NCBI GenBank assembly: GCA_024650005.2
Contig: CP122380.1
Location: 384,001 to 448,000 of the forward strand
Source of the DNA: Candidatus Bathyarchaeum tardum
Lineage (GTDB): Archaea > Thermoproteota > Bathyarchaeia > Bathyarchaeales > Bathyarchaeaceae
Reading direction: 5' to 3'
DNA length: 64,000 bases
Of the stretch, positions 60,601 to 64,000 are shown piece by piece (the stretch's first letter is position 1; each line of letters begins with the position of its first letter). A program made the translations under genes and the position numbers. The notes under the pieces were generated by a model. The model was not told where the DNA came from and did not search any database. It worked only from the letters and a program-made list of their open reading frames with translations.

Positions 60601-61662
60601 ATGGCACAAACCGCAATGAACCGACCACAACTATATATGATGACTTGGAGATGTACAAGGGCCTGCAACTACAACTGTTTACACTGCAGTTTTGCTTCAA
60701 ATCCTTATGCGATCAATGAAATTGACACTGAAGGCGGAAAACGCATAGTTGATCAACTTCATGCAATGGGTACAAAATGGTTCGGACTAAGCGGTGGAGA
60801 ACCCCTAGTAAGGAAAGACATTTTTGAAATTATTGAACATGCAAAAAGCCTTGGAATGAACGTGAGTGTCATTACAAATGGTTATTTTGTTAAAGGCGAA
60901 ATTCTAGATAACCTAATAAAAAATGAGGTCATGACTGCTATAAGCCTAGAAGGCACCGAAAAAACAAATGACATGACCCGCGGAAAAGGCACTTACAAAA
61001 CAGCCATCCATGCAATGAAGAATTTGTCTGAAGTTGGGCTTTTTGATTGCATTGTGTCTACTTTAAACAAGAATAACTGTTCAGAGGTTGATCACATTGC
61101 TGAGTTGGGATATAAATATCACGCCACTCGGGTAGTTTATCACAATTATATTCCTGTTGGCAGAGCACAAGAACACCTAGAGTTAGCTCCCACTCCTGAA
61201 CAATATGAAGTAACTTTGAATCGAATCTATGACTTAATGCAAGAATACAAAAATAAACTTAGCATCAACGTTTACTGCCCATTCTTTGCCCGAATAGCCA
61301 AAGAACGCGGAATGCCTGATTTTGATTACTGGTTTAACAACGTTTTTCTTGGTCAGTGTTTCATCGGCGGCAGATACATGGGTCTGCTAGAAAACGGTGA
61401 CATTCGTCCCTGTGGATTTAATGAAGGCTACCGAATGGGAAATATCAAAAACAAATCCATGACCGAACTTTGGAACGAAATGCAAGACACAGAATTCACC
61501 AAGAAACTTCGAGACCGCCGAAACCTGAAAGGCAAATGTGGAGTTTGTGAATACCGCGAAATCTGTGGTGGCTGCAGAACCCGAGCAGAAATTTACACTG
61601 GCGATCTGTTCGAATCTGACCCAGCTTGCGCTTATATTCCAAAACTGCTAAGAGAAAAATAG
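60601..61662 (+). CDS. Radical SAM/SPASM protein, paralogue 3 (close to paralogue 2)
   Basis: CNYNCLHC, SPASM cysteines; long stretches identical to 39880-40950. Confidence 0.9.
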   Translation: MAQTAMNRPQLYMMTWRCTRACNYNCLHCSFASNPYAINEIDTEGGKRIVDQLHAMGTKWFGLSGGEPLVRKDIFEIIEHAKSLGMNVSVITNGYFVKGEILDNLIKNEVMTAISLEGTEKTNDMTRGKGTYKTAIHAMKNLSEVGLFDCIVSTLNKNNCSEVDHIAELGYKYHATRVVYHNYIPVGRAQEHLELAPTPEQYEVTLNRIYDLMQEYKNKLSINVYCPFFARIAKERGMPDFDYWFNNVFLGQCFIGGRYMGLLENGDIRPCGFNEGYRMGNIKNKSMTELWNEMQDTEFTKKLRDRRNLKGKCGVCEYREICGGCRTRAEIYTGDLFESDPACAYIPKLLREK

Positions 61663-61670
61663 AAAAAATT

Positions 61671-62993
61671 TTATTTTTCTGCGAATTCCCACGCGATGTT
61701 AGCTTTCCACAGGTCTCCGAGTTCTGTGAGTTTAATCTCTTCGTCGTTGATTTCGATTAGACCTTTCTTTTGTAGTCGTTTTAGTTGCTCGGGGTAAACA
61801 TCTTCAGGAATTTTTTCAAACTTTTCTTGGAACTCCGCTTTGATTACTGGCAAACGCAGGTAAAGTTTTGTCATTACTTTGCGCATCATTTCTTTTTCTG
61901 TAGACTCCGAAAGCCTAGCAATTGGGAATCTTCCTGCGTTTACTGCGGCGACGTATTCTTGTGCATTTTCAATGTTGGAATACGAAAATCTTTGCAGATA
62001 ACCCATGAAACATCCTGCACCAGTTGTTAAGATGCCTGCCCATGGCCATCCGTTAAGACAGTTCTCTTTAGCGTGCCATATATCTCGTGAGTATCTGTCG
62101 TGCCCGATGGGAGTGTATCCGGCTTCTTTGAACAACTCGTAGGCTGCGACGTACATTTCTTTTTCCAGTTCTTTATCGCCCTGAGGTGGAACTTTTCCTT
62201 CTTTGATTTGTTTATCAAGAACGGTTCCCGGACTTACTTCAAGGCAGTATGCGTCTACTTCTGCGTCTAACTCGATTGCCTTCTTTACTGAATCAACCCA
62301 GCTTTCCAAAGTTTGACCCGGAATGTTATACATAATGTCAATACAAACACACATTCCAAGTTTGCGTGCTAGTTTAACTTCTTCTGCAACATGTTCAGCG
62401 CTGTCAGGTAAGTTGAGCATTCTTCTAAGTTTGTCGTCAAACGTTTGTGCACCCATGTCGACTTGGTAAACTCCGTAGTCTGCGGCTGCAACTAATTTTT
62501 CTTTGGAGAAACTCCTTGAAGAACCAGTAATTTTAATGAAATAGTCGTCGACTGTGTTGAAGTTGTCCTCACAGAATTTGATTAAACCAAACATTTGCTC
62601 AATATTCATGAGGCTTGGAGTTCCACCACCCAAAACAATTTCATCAAACTCGCTGGTTTGAACATATTTTGTTTTGGCGTACATCATCAATTCTTTCTTC
62701 AGAGCCTCAAGGTACGGCTCCATCATGCTACTTGAATAAGGATTGTTGGGATAATAACAAAACGTACACCGAGAATCACAGAAAGAAATCCATGGCTGAA
62801 GTTCCATTACTTTGTTGGATGTGTTTTCGGTAGACAAAAACTCCATGAAAGCTTCGTAGGTTTCTGGAGCAATATCTGCACAATCTCGATAAGTGTAGGG
62901 GGGCCAACTCTCTCGGGAGTCGTAACTGTTTTCTTTTTCTGTTTCTGGGCTAGACTTTTTCATAATGGGTTTCCCCAGATAGTATCCTATCAA
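61671..62993 (-). CDS. HemN-like (class C) radical SAM protein
   Basis: FCDSRCTFCYY, GGGTPS, MGAQTFDD, IDIMYNIPGQT. Start may be ATG at 62963. Confidence 0.88.
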   Translation of the reverse strand: MIGYYLGKPIMKKSSPETEKENSYDSRESWPPYTYRDCADIAPETYEAFMEFLSTENTSNKVMELQPWISFCDSRCTFCYYPNNPYSSSMMEPYLEALKKELMMYAKTKYVQTSEFDEIVLGGGTPSLMNIEQMFGLIKFCEDNFNTVDDYFIKITGSSRSFSKEKLVAAADYGVYQVDMGAQTFDDKLRRMLNLPDSAEHVAEEVKLARKLGMCVCIDIMYNIPGQTLESWVDSVKKAIELDAEVDAYCLEVSPGTVLDKQIKEGKVPPQGDKELEKEMYVAAYELFKEAGYTPIGHDRYSRDIWHAKENCLNGWPWAGILTTGAGCFMGYLQRFSYSNIENAQEYVAAVNAGRFPIARLSESTEKEMMRKVMTKLYLRLPVIKAEFQEKFEKIPEDVYPEQLKRLQKKGLIEINDEEIKLTELGDLWKANIAWEFAEK

Positions 62994-63038
62994 CTACTTA
63001 CCGCTAATATAAACTTGCGTTTTTAAAACCTGTCACAC

Positions 63039-63638
63039 TTACCACATTTTCGGAGCCGTAATTGTTTCCGGATGCTCAGATTCTCCCCGAATAACCACAA
63101 TTTTTCGGAACCTATCCACAATAAAAGATAAAAACAACGCTACATACGATGTCGCCTGCAACGGCAAACGGATTCCTTTCAGAATCGGCATAATAAAAGG
63201 CATGTATGTGCGGTCTTCGGCCAAAAAATCGTAAAACTTTTTGGTGCTTCGTTTTGCTTCTTTGTAAGCTTGTTTTCGGTCTTCAGGTTTTATAATAACT
63301 GAAGTGTCCGCCATGAAGGCAGTGTCAAAAACATTTTCTCGGAAAGGAAGAGCCAAAATTGACGCCAATACTACATGTTTTCCTGTGGTTTTTGCTCGTT
63401 TGAGCATTTCTTTACTGAAGTCCACGCCCACATCTGCGTAATCCAAGAATCTGCCGTTGCCGCATCCTAGGTCTAGGATTTTGCCTTTTTGTTTTTTGAG
63501 AAAGTTTCTCAGTTTGTTATCGTTTAAGTTAAAATAAAACCCGAACAGAAAAGGCAGCGTCTGAAAATAGATGGGAGAAAAGTTGCTCCAGTATTTTGGT
63601 TTGTCGTATTCAGAAAGCCACTCATATTCGGGTTTCAT
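63039..63638 (-). CDS. Class I SAM-dependent methyltransferase
   Basis: ILDLGCGNG, GVDFS..ML, LPF....FD. Confidence 0.85.
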   Translation of the reverse strand: MKPEYEWLSEYDKPKYWSNFSPIYFQTLPFLFGFYFNLNDNKLRNFLKKQKGKILDLGCGNGRFLDYADVGVDFSKEMLKRAKTTGKHVVLASILALPFRENVFDTAFMADTSVIIKPEDRKQAYKEAKRSTKKFYDFLAEDRTYMPFIMPILKGIRLPLQATSYVALFLSFIVDRFRKIVVIRGESEHPETITAPKMW

Positions 63639-63707
63639 GCTGGAAACGTCTCCTAGTGACTTTTAGAAGTGAATACACTATTTTAAGTAAATTGTTATAA
63701 ACTAAGC

Positions 63708-64000
63708 CTATTTGTGGTGATACTTTTCGGCTAGGTTCACAAAATTTTCCGCAATTTTTGTGTCAAAGGCAAAATAAACAAGCCCAACCATCGCCAAAAG
63801 GTTGCTTACCATTATTCCCTCGTTCGTGCCATTGATTCCCTTTCCTATTCTCATCTTGAATGCAAACTTTGTATCCTTGGGAATGTCTATAATCTTGAAA
63901 AACCGAAAATCATTTCCCTGAATAATTGACCCTTTCCGAGTCAACAAATTATCCTTTATCGTTTCCATCCGCGAAGAATCCAAAGCCTGCATCTTCCACC
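63708..64000 (-). CDS. Hypothetical protein, C-terminal part (may begin outside the window)
   Basis: Open frame of at least 94 aa near the window edge. Confidence 0.5.
   Translation of the reverse strand, partial: WKMQALDSSRMETIKDNLLTRKGSIIQGNDFRFFKIIDIPKDTKFAFKMRIGKGINGTNEGIMVSNLLAMVGLVYFAFDTKIAENFVNLAEKYHHK

Noticed and set aside
38505-61662. PQQ or RiPP biosynthesis cluster (SPASM enzymes plus PQQ-like propellers)
   Set aside because: No pqqA-like ExxxY peptide, PqqB/C/D, RRE domain or convincing adjacent precursor peptide was seen.

Overview
Archaeal chromosomal window, about 38% GC by eye. The gene content (Alba, NusA-like KH protein, rpl40e, Dph5, Trm5, TruD, Pth2, RibK/RibL, a tRNA with a BHB intron, tandem PQQ-like beta-propeller surface proteins, a stand-alone MtrH-like enzyme) fits Bathyarchaeia; this is an inference. 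The left half (1-33 kb) is mostly housekeeping. It also carries a 2.3-kb insert bracketed by a two-layer direct repeat, a queT-queC-queT operon whose 5' leader folds like a preQ1-II-type pseudoknot that sequesters the SD, and a heliorhodopsin between two ABC-2 exporters. The right half (33-63 kb) is a corrinoid/methyl-transfer neighbourhood. It holds BtuFCD plus a Cys-insert BtuF paralogue, a DUF71 ATPase, CobS, a CbiZ fusion, an atypical B12-binding protein with an MtrH-like methyltransferase, three radical SAM/SPASM paralogues, a HemN-like radical SAM, a ferredoxin and a nitrilase. It also holds three paralogues of an unannotated Cys/His-motif TIM-barrel family and a candidate 200-nt structured RNA. 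The best candidates for undescribed biology are the archaeal preQ-type riboswitch and the TIM-barrel/corrinoid/MtrH system. All calls come from motif recognition by eye; no database search was run.
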